From assembly GCA_964632125.1 (NCBI GenBank), contig CAZWEF010000005.1:1-48824 (forward strand): 48,824 nt of DNA, given 5' to 3'. A program made the translations under genes and the position numbers. The notes below the pieces were generated by a model. That model was not told where the DNA came from, searched no databases, and saw only the letters and a list, made by a program, of their open reading frames with translations. Of this stretch, positions 30,516 to 39,793 are shown piece by piece. This stretch comes from an uncultured Erysipelotrichales bacterium (GTDB lineage: Bacteria > Bacillota_I > Bacilli_A > Erysipelotrichales > CAZWEF01). Numbering within the stretch: position 1 is the stretch's first letter; each line of letters begins with the position of its first letter.

Positions 30516-31448
30516 ATGTCATTTGCTCACGAAATTAAAAATGAAGTAGCGAGTACCCCAATTGATCAATTAGGACAAATAGAACTGATGGCAATGCTTA
30601 AAGCAGCAGGTTCGTTGACATTGTCTAGTTTGGGATTGATGCTAGAAGTTAGAACTGAAAATGCTAAAGTTGCATCACGTATTCACCGATTAGTCAAACA
30701 ATCATTTCAAAGTGACATTGAATTTTTAGTGTCACGAAAGGTGCGTTTTAAAAAGAATAATCTTTATGTTGTTCGGATTAAGGAGCATGTCCAAACAATG
30801 AGGGAAGTATTGCATTTGAATTTTGATGAAAAAGATGATATTTACAAGGAAATTAAGCAAAACTTAGAACGGACCAAAGCATATTTAAAGGGTTGCTTTA
30901 TGGTTTGCGGGAGTGTAAATTCGCCAATTAATAGCAATTATCACTTAGAAATGTCTTTTAGTGATGAAAATGTTGCAAATTATGTTGCAAATTTGATGAC
31001 AAATTTTGACATTCATGGTAGAATAATTGTGAGGAGACAATATTATGTTGTATATGTTAAAGCTTCTGATAAAATCGCGGACTTTTTGAAAGTGATTGGT
31101 GCAAGTCAAGGTGTACTATACTATGAAAGAGAACGAGCAGAACGAGATTTTTTAAACAATATTAATCGTTTAGATAATTGCGAGATTGCAAACGATATGA
31201 AAATGTTAGAAGCGGGACAACGTCAAGTAGAAGCGATTGCGTTAATTGAACAAGAGCTAGGACTTGATGTATTAGATGATAAGACCAAAGCCATTGCAAT
31301 TTTGCGGCTAAAGTATCCTGACCGTAGCTTAATTGATTTGTGTACCCTTTTCTTAGAAGAAACCAAGCAGTCAATTAGTAAATCAGGTATGCATCATCGT
31401 ATTCAAAAGATTATGAAACTAGCAACATCATTAAAGGAGGCATTGTAG
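30516..31448 (+). CDS. whiA: DNA-binding protein WhiA
   Basis: MSFAHEIKNE start, GSVNSP..NYHLE, NRLDNCEIAN, ISKSGMHHR. Third gene of the yvcJ-yvcK-whiA operon. Confidence 0.93.
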   Translation: MSFAHEIKNEVASTPIDQLGQIELMAMLKAAGSLTLSSLGLMLEVRTENAKVASRIHRLVKQSFQSDIEFLVSRKVRFKKNNLYVVRIKEHVQTMREVLHLNFDEKDDIYKEIKQNLERTKAYLKGCFMVCGSVNSPINSNYHLEMSFSDENVANYVANLMTNFDIHGRIIVRRQYYVVYVKASDKIADFLKVIGASQGVLYYERERAERDFLNNINRLDNCEIANDMKMLEAGQRQVEAIALIEQELGLDVLDDKTKAIAILRLKYPDRSLIDLCTLFLEETKQSISKSGMHHRIQKIMKLATSLKEAL

Positions 31449-31449
31449 T

Positions 31450-32055
31450 ATGTGGAAAAAGATTGGTATATTATTGATTTTGATTGGTGTATTTTTGGTG
31501 GGGTATGAATTTTATGGTCGCTACCAAAACAAACAGACGCAATTAACGATGATTAAACAGTATGAAGAAGCGTATAGCAATCCTTCAAGTGAGACGCAAG
31601 CTAAAGCCAATGGTGACAAGGTTTTTGACGGAGCAGATTCGATACTTGTCATTCCAAGCATCAAAATGGAGTCGCCGATTCAAAAAAATGTAACGGATGC
31701 AAATGGGAATTATGACGAAAAAGCCTTAAAGATTGCGCCAGCGGCTCTTAATGATGTTGATTTGAACACAAGTAACTATGTGATTGCAGGTCATAATACA
31801 ATGTATAAGGATGATCATTTTAGTGCGCTTTTAGCATTAAAAGGGGGAGAAAAAGCCTACATATTTAAAGGTGGGTACACGTATGAGTACGAAATAGTTA
31901 AGCCTTTTACGGTTAAAACAACTGATGTTTGGGTTATGGACCAACAAGGAAAAGCTGAAATGACCTTGATTACTTGTGAGACCCCTTCTGATAATGGGAA
32001 TCGTGTTATTATCAAAGGGAACTTATTGAGTGTTTCAGAAGGAAAAACATACTAA
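31450..32055 (+). CDS. Sortase (class A/D-like)
   Basis: N-terminal TM anchor, IPSI, IAGHN (His), TLITC (Cys), NRVII (Arg) catalytic triad. Confidence 0.92.
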   Translation: MWKKIGILLILIGVFLVGYEFYGRYQNKQTQLTMIKQYEEAYSNPSSETQAKANGDKVFDGADSILVIPSIKMESPIQKNVTDANGNYDEKALKIAPAALNDVDLNTSNYVIAGHNTMYKDDHFSALLALKGGEKAYIFKGGYTYEYEIVKPFTVKTTDVWVMDQQGKAEMTLITCETPSDNGNRVIIKGNLLSVSEGKTY

Positions 32056-32147
32056 ATCGAGAAATAGTTAGTATTTTTAAGTAGTATTATTGCGTGAAAT
32101 GTTGTACAATAAAATTGAAAGTGAAAGTTGAAAAGGAGAGAATCAAA

Positions 32148-32381
32148 ATGAGAAAAAATTCTAATGTGGACCTTTCTTCTTTACCGATTGAGGCAAGATT
32201 TGGTAAAAAAGTTAGAGAAATCAGAAGAAAAATGGGTTACTCGCAAGAAGAGTTAGCACACCGTAGTGGGCTACACAGAAATTATGTTTCTGATACTGAG
32301 CGTGGTACTCGCAATGTCTCTTTAAAAGCAGTAGAAAAGTTTGCAATCGGACTTGAAGTAGACATTAAAGATTTATTCTAA
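32148..32381 (+). CDS. Small XRE/Cro-C1 HTH regulator (C-protein-like)
   Basis: FGKKVREIRRKMGYSQEELAHRSGLHRNYVSDTERGTRNVSL. ATG after AAGGAG. Confidence 0.9.
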   Translation: MRKNSNVDLSSLPIEARFGKKVREIRRKMGYSQEELAHRSGLHRNYVSDTERGTRNVSLKAVEKFAIGLEVDIKDLF

Positions 32382-32404
32382 AAGTGGTCAATGACCACTT
32401 TTTT
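32380..32404 (+). terminator. Terminator after HTH gene
   Basis: AAAAGTGGTC-AAT-GACCACTTTT plus Ts. Confidence 0.8.
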
Positions 32405-32454
32405 GTTTTCAAATAAGGGTTTTTAGTGTATGATTAAGATAAGGAGTTGATTAC

Positions 32455-32712
32455 ATGTCTAATGGTCTTGTTTCGTTTATTTCTATTGTTGTGATGATTG
32501 TTTTATCAATCATTTTTTGGAAATTTATTTTATTTATTGTACTTGCATTTATTGTCTTTTTAGTGATTGCAGGATTTATAGCAAGACGTAAACTAGTTGG
32601 TTTTGTTCAAACAAATACACCACCTACCCCGCCTTATCACAAAGAACCAATGTCGTCAGATGTCATTGATGCAGATTTCAGTGTGAAAGAAGAGGAAACG
32701 GCGCGTGATTAG
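32455..32712 (+). CDS. Small membrane protein of unknown function
   Basis: RBS AAGGAG. Two hydrophobic segments, then a Pro-rich tail and a VIDADF motif like FxsA-type tails. Confidence 0.75.
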   Translation: MSNGLVSFISIVVMIVLSIIFWKFILFIVLAFIVFLVIAGFIARRKLVGFVQTNTPPTPPYHKEPMSSDVIDADFSVKEEETARD

Positions 32713-33616
32713 ATTCGCGCTTAAAGAGGAAAAGGCGATCATTAAAGCAATGTGGGAGGCTATTTTCCCTGAAGATGGTCAGGGGTATATTGATTATTAT
32801 TTTGATTCGATTTATCATGAAAGCAATTGTTTGGTGAGTGAGGACGATGGGCAAATTGTGTCTAGTCTTCAAATTAATCCTAAGCAATTGAGTATAGGTC
32901 CACATGTCATGAGTGCTTCGTACATTGTGGGTATTTGTACAGTTGAAGAATATCGACATCAGGGGTATATGCAAGAACTCTTAGAAGTCACTTTTGATTT
33001 TTTAAGACAACGAGATCAACTTGTGTTGCTTCAAACAAATCGTCCTGAAATGTATTTTCAGTATGGATTTGAAGAAGCTTATTTTAAAGCCCATTATTTA
33101 ATTCGTTCTGCTCACCTTGAATCGATAGAAAGCTATTTAAAAGTAGATGTGCTTACTGTTGAACATATCAACAGTATGGTACGTGTATATGCTGATTATA
33201 CACACAAAAAGGATGGTTTTGCACTTAGAGATGATCGTTATTATCACAAGCTATTTGAGCATCTTGAAGTAGAGGAAGCAACTTGTTTGGGGTGTTTTAG
33301 AGGTGCGGATTTTTTAGGTTACCTGTATTATAAACGTGTTGGGCACATTGTGTATGTGCCAGAGGTTATTTATAAAAATGAGTTAGCTCTTTTGACAATG
33401 CTTCGGGTAATGGCAACTAAGGGTCGTATGGTTCAGGTTAGTCTTGATCCATCAAATGATTTAGATCAACTTGTGAAATGTGAGAAAAAGATGGTAAAGC
33501 CATACGCTATGGTTAAGCTACTTGACCCACTTAAATTGAGTCAACTCGTTAAGCGACCAATTAAACGATTTGAAGATTTACTTGAAAGGGAGGCGTTCAT
33601 GAATGAAGAGTTTTAA
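32705..33616 (+). CDS. GNAT acetyltransferase (Eis-like tandem GNAT)
   Basis: YIVGICTVEEYRHQGYMQ acetyl-CoA motif A, YFQYGFE motif B. Confidence 0.85.
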   Translation: MIRFALKEEKAIIKAMWEAIFPEDGQGYIDYYFDSIYHESNCLVSEDDGQIVSSLQINPKQLSIGPHVMSASYIVGICTVEEYRHQGYMQELLEVTFDFLRQRDQLVLLQTNRPEMYFQYGFEEAYFKAHYLIRSAHLESIESYLKVDVLTVEHINSMVRVYADYTHKKDGFALRDDRYYHKLFEHLEVEEATCLGCFRGADFLGYLYYKRVGHIVYVPEVIYKNELALLTMLRVMATKGRMVQVSLDPSNDLDQLVKCEKKMVKPYAMVKLLDPLKLSQLVKRPIKRFEDLLEREAFMNEEF

Positions 33617-34478
33617 ACGTAAAGCATTGTTTGGATTAGGATTGGCAGCCGGAGCCTATGCTGGTGTTAGCATTCATTTTGAACGGAAAATATTGAGTCG
33701 GGATAAAGAACAACATGCTTACAACCCAGTTTGGCTTAGACAAGTAGATTATAAAGAGATGTGGATCAAATCAAAAGATCATTTAAAACTTAGGGGTCTG
33801 TATATTCATAATCCTCATGCGTTGGTGAATCGAACAGTTGTGATTGCACACGGCTATCATCGACAAATAGAGCGAATGGATGATTATGGGCAAGGTTTCT
33901 TTAATATGGGTTATCATGTCCTAATGATTGATTTACGAACACATGGGTTGAGTGAAGGAAAAACAATTACATTTGGGAAAAGAGAAAGTGATGATGTGTT
34001 ATTGTGGTTAGATGAAATAAAACGCATCAACAATGAGACATCCTTTATTCTATTTGGCCTATCCATGGGTGCAGCAACGATGATTCATGCAGCAAGTAAA
34101 GCAACAAAATATCCTATTGTGGCATTGATTGAAGACTGTGGATTTAGTCGTTTTGATATGCTTGTTGAAGGGCAAGTTGTTGAACAAAAATTGAAGCCGT
34201 GGATTGTGCCAGGTTTTAAATGGGCTTTGCGATGGCGACTTAGAAGTGACCTCAGTCGGTTGTCACCAATCTATGCCCTTAAACATGTACATGTACCGTT
34301 TATGATTATTCATGGAGATAAAGACACCCTCATTCCTGTTGAAATGGCATATGATTTGTGTCGACATGCACTTGGTCAACCAACGATGCTTATTTGTCAA
34401 GGTAAGGGGCATGCCCAGTGTATAGAAGATGAGTCATATTTTGAGGCCATTCGTTTATTTTTAAAAGAAAGAGCGTGA
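33603..34478 (+). CDS. Alpha/beta hydrolase (YqkD-like)
   Basis: AHGY, DLRTHGLSEG, GLSMG nucleophile elbow, IHGDKD, GKGH. Confidence 0.9.
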   Translation: MKSFKRKALFGLGLAAGAYAGVSIHFERKILSRDKEQHAYNPVWLRQVDYKEMWIKSKDHLKLRGLYIHNPHALVNRTVVIAHGYHRQIERMDDYGQGFFNMGYHVLMIDLRTHGLSEGKTITFGKRESDDVLLWLDEIKRINNETSFILFGLSMGAATMIHAASKATKYPIVALIEDCGFSRFDMLVEGQVVEQKLKPWIVPGFKWALRWRLRSDLSRLSPIYALKHVHVPFMIIHGDKDTLIPVEMAYDLCRHALGQPTMLICQGKGHAQCIEDESYFEAIRLFLKERA

Positions 34479-34482
34479 TGTT

Positions 34483-35811
34483 ATGAAATTGTTTAATGAA
34501 GCAACAGAGCAAAAAGAAACATTGAAATTAATGAAAGAGAATCATTTGAATTTATACGTCTGTGGACCAACGGTGTACAATCATCCGCATATTGGTAATA
34601 CCCGACCTATGATTGTTTTTGATGTACTAAGAAGAGTTATGGCTTATCAAGGCATTGAAGTGCGCCATGTTTCTAACTACACTGATGTTGATGATAAGAT
34701 TATTCAAGAGGCAAAGAAACAAGGCGTGGATGAGTTGGCTTTATCTAATCACTTTATTCATGAGTTTGAAAAGGTGCGTATGGGATTGAATTTATTGACG
34801 CCAACTTTTAATCCAAGAGTAACGGACTATATGGATCAAATCATTGCGTTTATCAAGAAGCTTATTGAAAAAGGGTTTGCCTATGAACGAAACGGTGATG
34901 TTTACTTTAGGGTTGAGAAAGTAGAACATTATGGGCATGTATCCAAACAATCGATTGAAGATTTAGTTGCTGGGAGTCGCATCGAAGTTAGTCACCAAAA
35001 AGAAAATCCATTAGATTTTACATTATGGAAGCAAACAAGTGAAGGCATTGCTTTTGAAAGTCCATGGTCTAAAGGGCGTCCTGGTTGGCATACTGAATGT
35101 GTGGTTATGATTCAATCATTGTTTGAAGAAGGTTGTGTTGATATTCATGGTGGTGGACATGATTTAAAGTTCCCGCATCATGAAAATGAAGATGCTCAGT
35201 CGATGGCTTTAACAGGTCATGGGATTGCACATTATTGGATGCATAATCAAATGATTAATTTAAATAATGAAAAGATGTCGAAGTCTTTGGGAAACACATT
35301 CTTAGCGAAAGATTTGTTGGCTAGTCTTGGTGTTAATGTGTATAAGTGGTTTGTGCTTTCAACGCATTATCGTAATCCATTAGGTTATACAGATGAGCTT
35401 GTAGAGACAGTCAAGAAAGAAGTTGATAAGGTTCAAAATGCTTATCGACAAGCATCACTAGTCATTCAACAAAAAAGATTGGTTTTAACGCATGTGGATA
35501 AGTCAACGATGGATGCATTGATTGAAACATTAAATGATGATTTGAATACAGCAAATGCGTTGACGTTAATCATTGAACAAGTGAAAGTAGTGAATCAATG
35601 CATAAGACAAAAAGATAAATTAGAAGAACTTGTTGTTGCATTTATGACCTTAGATGAGATGCTTCAAGTTTTAGGATTTTCTTTTACATATCCAAAGTTA
35701 GAAGCGCGTGATTTTGATGATTTATGTGCATGGGAAGAGTTGAAACGGGAAAAACGTTTTCAAGAAGCAGACACAATGCGTCAAAAATTAATTGAAAGAG
35801 GTATTTTGTAG
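34483..35811 (+). CDS. cysS: Cysteine--tRNA ligase
   Basis: CGPTVY, HIGN, GRPGWHTEC, FPHHENE, KMSKS. Confidence 0.97.
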   Translation: MKLFNEATEQKETLKLMKENHLNLYVCGPTVYNHPHIGNTRPMIVFDVLRRVMAYQGIEVRHVSNYTDVDDKIIQEAKKQGVDELALSNHFIHEFEKVRMGLNLLTPTFNPRVTDYMDQIIAFIKKLIEKGFAYERNGDVYFRVEKVEHYGHVSKQSIEDLVAGSRIEVSHQKENPLDFTLWKQTSEGIAFESPWSKGRPGWHTECVVMIQSLFEEGCVDIHGGGHDLKFPHHENEDAQSMALTGHGIAHYWMHNQMINLNNEKMSKSLGNTFLAKDLLASLGVNVYKWFVLSTHYRNPLGYTDELVETVKKEVDKVQNAYRQASLVIQQKRLVLTHVDKSTMDALIETLNDDLNTANALTLIIEQVKVVNQCIRQKDKLEELVVAFMTLDEMLQVLGFSFTYPKLEARDFDDLCAWEELKREKRFQEADTMRQKLIERGIL

Positions 35812-36212
35812 TGAATCCAAATTTGGTTAATGGACTTGTATTGGCGTATTTAGGAGATGCGGTGTTAGAAGTGAAAGTGCGTTTGTATTTGATTGAAAGT
35901 GGTATTGTTAAACCGCATTTGCTGCAACAAGCATCAATAAAGTACGTATGCGCAAGTGCGCAGGAAAAGGGTATGTTGATGCTTCAAGAACAAGGGTTTT
36001 TTACTGATGAAGAGTTGTTGGTATTTAAGCGAGGAAGAAACACAAAAGCAAAACATGTTGCAAAAGGGGTTAGTGTTCAAACATATCAAAATGCAACAGG
36101 GTTTGAGGCGGTTCTTGGTTATTTGAGTTTAAAACAAGATGAAGGGCGGATTGATGAGATTTGTCAGTCCTATATTCGTGTCAATCAAAGTGCTACAAAT
36201 AAGAGATTTTAA
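35811..36212 (+). CDS. mrnC: Mini-ribonuclease III
   Basis: LAYLGDAVLE, KRGRN, ATGFEAVLGYL. Follows cysS. Confidence 0.94.
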   Translation: MNPNLVNGLVLAYLGDAVLEVKVRLYLIESGIVKPHLLQQASIKYVCASAQEKGMLMLQEQGFFTDEELLVFKRGRNTKAKHVAKGVSVQTYQNATGFEAVLGYLSLKQDEGRIDEICQSYIRVNQSATNKRF

Positions 36213-36224
36213 GAAGGGTGAACT

Positions 36225-36941
36225 ATGAAACAATATGTGTATGGAAGAAATGTTGCGCAAGAACGATTAAAGAAAGCGCAGTCGATTGAACATGTTTATA
36301 TTTTAAAACATGATGCATTGATTCAAGAACTAAACAAAAAGAAGGTCCCTTATACCATCAAAACACGTCAAGAATTAGATGTGTTGGTTGGGCACAATAA
36401 ACACCAAGGTGTTGTGCTTGAAATCATTTCTTATGAGTTCATGCCGATTGAAACCATGTTAAAACAAAAACCCAAAGGGACGTACCCACTGCTTGTTGTG
36501 CTAGATGGGTTAGAAGATCCGCACAATCTAGGTGCCATTTTAAGAACATGCGATGTACTTGATGTGGATGGTGTCATCATTGGTAAAAACCGAAGTGTCG
36601 GTTTAACACCTACGGTTGCAAAAGTATCCGCAGGTGCAATTGAGCATGTGCCAGTTGCGCAAGTGACTAATTTATCTAGAACTTTAAAAGATCTTCAAAA
36701 AGAAGGCTATTGGGTTGTCGGGACATGTTTTGAAAAAGCACAAGACTATCGCACTGTAGATTATAACTTCCCGTGTGTTGTTGTAATTGGCAATGAAGGA
36801 TCTGGTATTTCAAGGTTGGTGCTTGAACAATGTGATTATCGCATCAAAATCCCTATGAAAGGACATGTTCAATCGTTGAATGCTTCCATTGCAACAGCGG
36901 TTGTTTTGTATCAAATCGAACAATCACGTTATCCACTATAA
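36225..36941 (+). CDS. rlmB: 23S rRNA G2251 2'-O-methyltransferase
   Basis: HQGV, DPHNLGAILRT, GNEGSG, IPMKGHVQSLNAS (SPOUT). Confidence 0.94.
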   Translation: MKQYVYGRNVAQERLKKAQSIEHVYILKHDALIQELNKKKVPYTIKTRQELDVLVGHNKHQGVVLEIISYEFMPIETMLKQKPKGTYPLLVVLDGLEDPHNLGAILRTCDVLDVDGVIIGKNRSVGLTPTVAKVSAGAIEHVPVAQVTNLSRTLKDLQKEGYWVVGTCFEKAQDYRTVDYNFPCVVVIGNEGSGISRLVLEQCDYRIKIPMKGHVQSLNASIATAVVLYQIEQSRYPL

Positions 36942-36956
36942 AGAGGGGGAAACTTC

Positions 36957-37559
36957 ATGCATGATTTTGAATTGCTTTACTATGTTCATCAAGGACAAGA
37001 AGAGGCAATCAGGATACTAGTGAAGAGGTATGAACCAATGATTTGCGCCATTGCACGTAAAGTACACCAAAGATATCGACAAACATCCGTTTCGTATGAG
37101 GATTTGGTACAGGCGGGTAAGTTGGCTTTCATGGAGGCAATACATGCATACTGTGATGATCGAAATCGATCATTTCAAGGATACAGTTATATGTGTGTTG
37201 AATGTGAGATTAAAAGTGCAGTCCGTTTTTATTTTTCAAACAAGCAAAAAAGTGTCACGCTGTCATTGAGTATGAATAATGAAGTGAAGCATTATCAAGG
37301 ATTAACTTATGAAGATATGTTTCAAGATGAGCGAACGGATCGACACCCACAAAAACAGCTTATGGTCAAAGAAAGTGTTGAAGAACTTTATGATGCATGT
37401 CAAACAAGTTTAAGTCCTTTAGAGCGACAGGTGTTGGCTTTGAAATTAGCGGGTCATGATTATCAAGAAATTTGTGAGAAGTTAGGGAAAAATTATAAAG
37501 CCATTGATAATGCGATGATGAGAATCAAAAAAAAGCTGAGGCAACAAGAAAAAAATTGA
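36957..37559 (+). CDS. sigH: SigH-family RNA polymerase sigma factor
   Basis: YEDLVQAG (region 2), LSPLERQV..., KAIDNAMMRIKKKL (region 4). Canonical position after rlmB. Confidence 0.85.
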   Translation: MHDFELLYYVHQGQEEAIRILVKRYEPMICAIARKVHQRYRQTSVSYEDLVQAGKLAFMEAIHAYCDDRNRSFQGYSYMCVECEIKSAVRFYFSNKQKSVTLSLSMNNEVKHYQGLTYEDMFQDERTDRHPQKQLMVKESVEELYDACQTSLSPLERQVLALKLAGHDYQEICEKLGKNYKAIDNAMMRIKKKLRQQEKN

Positions 37560-37584
37560 CTACTCTAAATGAATGTGTTACATT
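37556..37584 (+). promoter_or_regulatory. SigA-type promoter for rpmG-secE-nusG
   Basis: TTGACT-17 bp-TACATT with TGn extension. Confidence 0.65.
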
Positions 37585-37609
37585 GTATAAGAATAGTTAG
37601 GTGAAGAAT

Positions 37610-37756
37610 ATGAAAGATAAAATCATTTTAGCATGTAGTGAATGTTTATCAAGAAATTATGTTTATCCCAAAAATAAACAGTCAAATGTTCGATTAGAAG
37701 TAAATAAATTTTGTAAAAAATGCAACAAGCACACGGTTCATAAAGAAACAAAGTAA
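37610..37756 (+). CDS. rpmG: 50S ribosomal protein L33 (Zn-binding form), absent from the ORF track
   Basis: Manual translation [57 protein letters not shown]. Lies between sigH and secE. Confidence 0.96.
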   Translation: MKDKIILACSECLSRNYVYPKNKQSNVRLEVNKFCKKCNKHTVHKETK

Positions 37757-37759
37757 GGA

Positions 37760-37945
37760 GTGGTTAAGATGAAATGGTTTAGCATAAAAGGTATTATTGG
37801 TGAAACTAAGAAAGTAAAATGGCCAAGAGGAAAAGAATTGTGGTCAATGGTTGCAACGGTGTTTGTATTCATTGTTTTGTTTGCACTTGTTTTTCAGTTA
37901 ATGGATGTTATCGTTATTGCATTGCTTAGATACTTGGGGATATAA
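37760..37945 (+). CDS. secE: Preprotein translocase subunit SecE
   Basis: ETKKVKWPRGKEL plus a single TM. Upstream of nusG. Start may be ATG 37769. Confidence 0.93.
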   Translation: MVKMKWFSIKGIIGETKKVKWPRGKELWSMVATVFVFIVLFALVFQLMDVIVIALLRYLGI

Positions 37946-37947
37946 TA

Positions 37948-38484
37948 ATGGATAAACAATGGTATGTAGTAAACACTTATTCTGGTCATGAGAATAAAGT
38001 AAAAGAAAACTTAACCAAGCGTATTGAGACAATGGGCCTTCAAGACTCATTGTTTCAAGTGGTTGTGCCAGAGCATTCTGAAACAGAAGTGAAAGATGGT
38101 AAAAAAGTAACGAAAGTTAAAAATATGTTTCCAGGCTATGTGCTTGTTGAGATGTTGATGACAGATGAAGCTTGGTTTGCAGTGCGTAATACACCGGGTG
38201 TTACAGGCTTTATCGGATCATCTGGAGGTGGGGCTAAACCATTCCCACTGATGCCTCATGAGATTGAACCTATTTTGAAACGTATGGGTATTCAAAATGA
38301 AGTAATCGAATTAAACTATAAAGAGCATGATCCTGTGCGTGTCATGGGAGGACCATTCATTGATAAAACTGGGATTGTAGATCGTATTGACCTAGAAAAA
38401 GGTGTTGCACATGTAGTCGTTGACATGTTTGGTCGAGACACGGAAGTAGAAATAGAGTTTCATTTGTTAGAAAAAACAAATTAG
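37948..38484 (+). CDS. nusG: Transcription factor NusG
   Basis: WYVVNTYSGHENKV, FPGYVLVEM, VRNTPGVTGFIG, KOW motif. Confidence 0.97.
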   Translation: MDKQWYVVNTYSGHENKVKENLTKRIETMGLQDSLFQVVVPEHSETEVKDGKKVTKVKNMFPGYVLVEMLMTDEAWFAVRNTPGVTGFIGSSGGGAKPFPLMPHEIEPILKRMGIQNEVIELNYKEHDPVRVMGGPFIDKTGIVDRIDLEKGVAHVVVDMFGRDTEVEIEFHLLEKTN

Positions 38485-38487
38485 GGC

Positions 38488-38516
38488 TTGCTTTTTTGAG
38501 TCTTTTAGTATAAAAT
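38488..38516 (+). promoter_or_regulatory. SigA-type promoter for rplK-rplA
   Basis: TTGCTT-17 bp-TAAAAT. Confidence 0.65.
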
Positions 38517-38517
38517 T

Positions 38518-38550
38518 AATAATCGACGACAAGAGTCGATTATTTGTTTT
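38518..38550 (+). terminator. Hairpin / probable nusG terminator
   Basis: AATAATCGAC-7 nt-GTCGATTATT then TGTTTT. Confidence 0.6.
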
Positions 38551-38552
38551 AA

Positions 38553-38584
38553 GCGTGGGAGGGGAAAACCCGTTTGACCACAGC
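38553..38584 (+). promoter_or_regulatory. L1-binding leader element upstream of rplK
   Basis: GTGG-GA-GGG-GAAAA-CCC-GTTTGA-CCAC: GGGAG helix/internal loop pattern mimicking the 23S L1 site, just before the RBS. Confidence 0.7.
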
Positions 38585-38611
38585 ACGGACAAAATATAGG
38601 AGGTGTGTCTC

Positions 38612-39043
38612 GTGAGTAAAAAAGTAGCTAGAATTGTTAAGATTCAGTTCCCTGCTGGAGAAGCAAAACCAGGACCAGGGCTTGCTGGAGCTGGGATTCA
38701 AATGCCAAAGTTTTGTCAAGAATTTAATGATAAAACAAGAGATCGTGCCGGTGAAGTTGTGCCTGTAGTTATTACAGTGTTTGAAGACAAATCATTTGAA
38801 TTTGTATTGAAAACAACACCAGCAGCAAACGTTCTTAAAAAAGCAGCAAACATTTCATCTGGATCAGCTTCGCCTAAAAAAGAAAAAGTGGCGACGATTA
38901 CAGCTGAAGAGTTACGTAAAATTGCAGAATACAAAATGCCAGACTTAAATGCAAATGACATTGAGGGTGCAATGCGTATTATTGAAGGAACTGCAAGAAA
39001 CATGGGTATTGAAGTAACTGATCGCGAAACTTTCATGAAGTAA
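38612..39043 (+). CDS. rplK: 50S ribosomal protein L11
   Basis: FCQEFN, PVVITVFEDKSFEF..KTTPA, KMPDLNA, GTARNMGI. GTG after AGGAGG. Confidence 0.97.
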   Translation: MSKKVARIVKIQFPAGEAKPGPGLAGAGIQMPKFCQEFNDKTRDRAGEVVPVVITVFEDKSFEFVLKTTPAANVLKKAANISSGSASPKKEKVATITAEELRKIAEYKMPDLNANDIEGAMRIIEGTARNMGIEVTDRETFMK

Positions 39044-39062
39044 TGACGATTGGTACGCCATT

Positions 39063-39090
39063 TGTGGGAGGAATATCCGTTAAAACCACA
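39063..39090 (+). promoter_or_regulatory. Second L1-binding leader element upstream of rplA
   Basis: TGTGG-GA-GGA-ATA-TCC-GTTAAAA-CCACA directly before AAGGAGG. Confidence 0.7.
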
Positions 39091-39106
39091 TAAGGAGGAA
39101 TAGACG

Positions 39107-39790
39107 ATGGCTAAACGTGGTAAAAAGTATCAAGAAGTAGCAAAATTGATTGATCCAGCTATTGCTTATCAAGTTGAAGAAGCAGTCGCTTTGGTTAAAA
39201 AAACAAACTTTGCAAAATTTGATGCTAGTGTTGATGTTGTCTTTCGTTTAGGGGTTGACCCAAGACATGCAGACCAACAAATTCGTGGTGCAATGGTATT
39301 GCCACACGGAACTGGTAAGACACGTAAAGTGTTGGTTGTGACGCAAGGAGCGAAAGAACAAGAAGCGAAGGATGCTGGTGCAGATTTCGTAGGTGGAAAA
39401 GAGATTTTAGAAGATATTCAAAAAGGTTGGTTTGAGTTTGATGTGATCGTGGCAACCCCAGATATGATGGGAGAGCTTGGTAAACTTGGTCGTTTACTTG
39501 GTCCAAAAGGCTTGATGCCAAACCCAAAAACAGGTACTGTAACAATGGATGTTACTAAAGCTGTAGCCGACATTAAAGCTGGTAAAGTTGAGTACCGTGT
39601 TGATAAAGAAGGTAATGTACATGTACCAATTGGTAAAGTGTCATTTGATGATGCTAAGTTAGTCGATAACTTTAAAGCAATTCAAGAAACTATGATGCGT
39701 GCAAAACCTGCAGCGGCTAAAGGAACTTATATGAAGAATGTCGTTATGTCATCTTCAATGGGACCTGGTGTACGCGTTGTAACTGAATAG
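39107..39790 (+). CDS. rplA: 50S ribosomal protein L1
   Basis: [42 protein letters not shown]. Confidence 0.98.
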   Translation: MAKRGKKYQEVAKLIDPAIAYQVEEAVALVKKTNFAKFDASVDVVFRLGVDPRHADQQIRGAMVLPHGTGKTRKVLVVTQGAKEQEAKDAGADFVGGKEILEDIQKGWFEFDVIVATPDMMGELGKLGRLLGPKGLMPNPKTGTVTMDVTKAVADIKAGKVEYRVDKEGNVHVPIGKVSFDDAKLVDNFKAIQETMMRAKPAAAKGTYMKNVVMSSSMGPGVRVVTE

Positions 39791-39793
39791 TTG

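Noticed and set aside
32701-32720. GC-rich inverted repeat (GCGCG...CGCGC) around the GNAT start codon
   Set aside because: Short and explained by overlapping coding frames; no further support for regulation.
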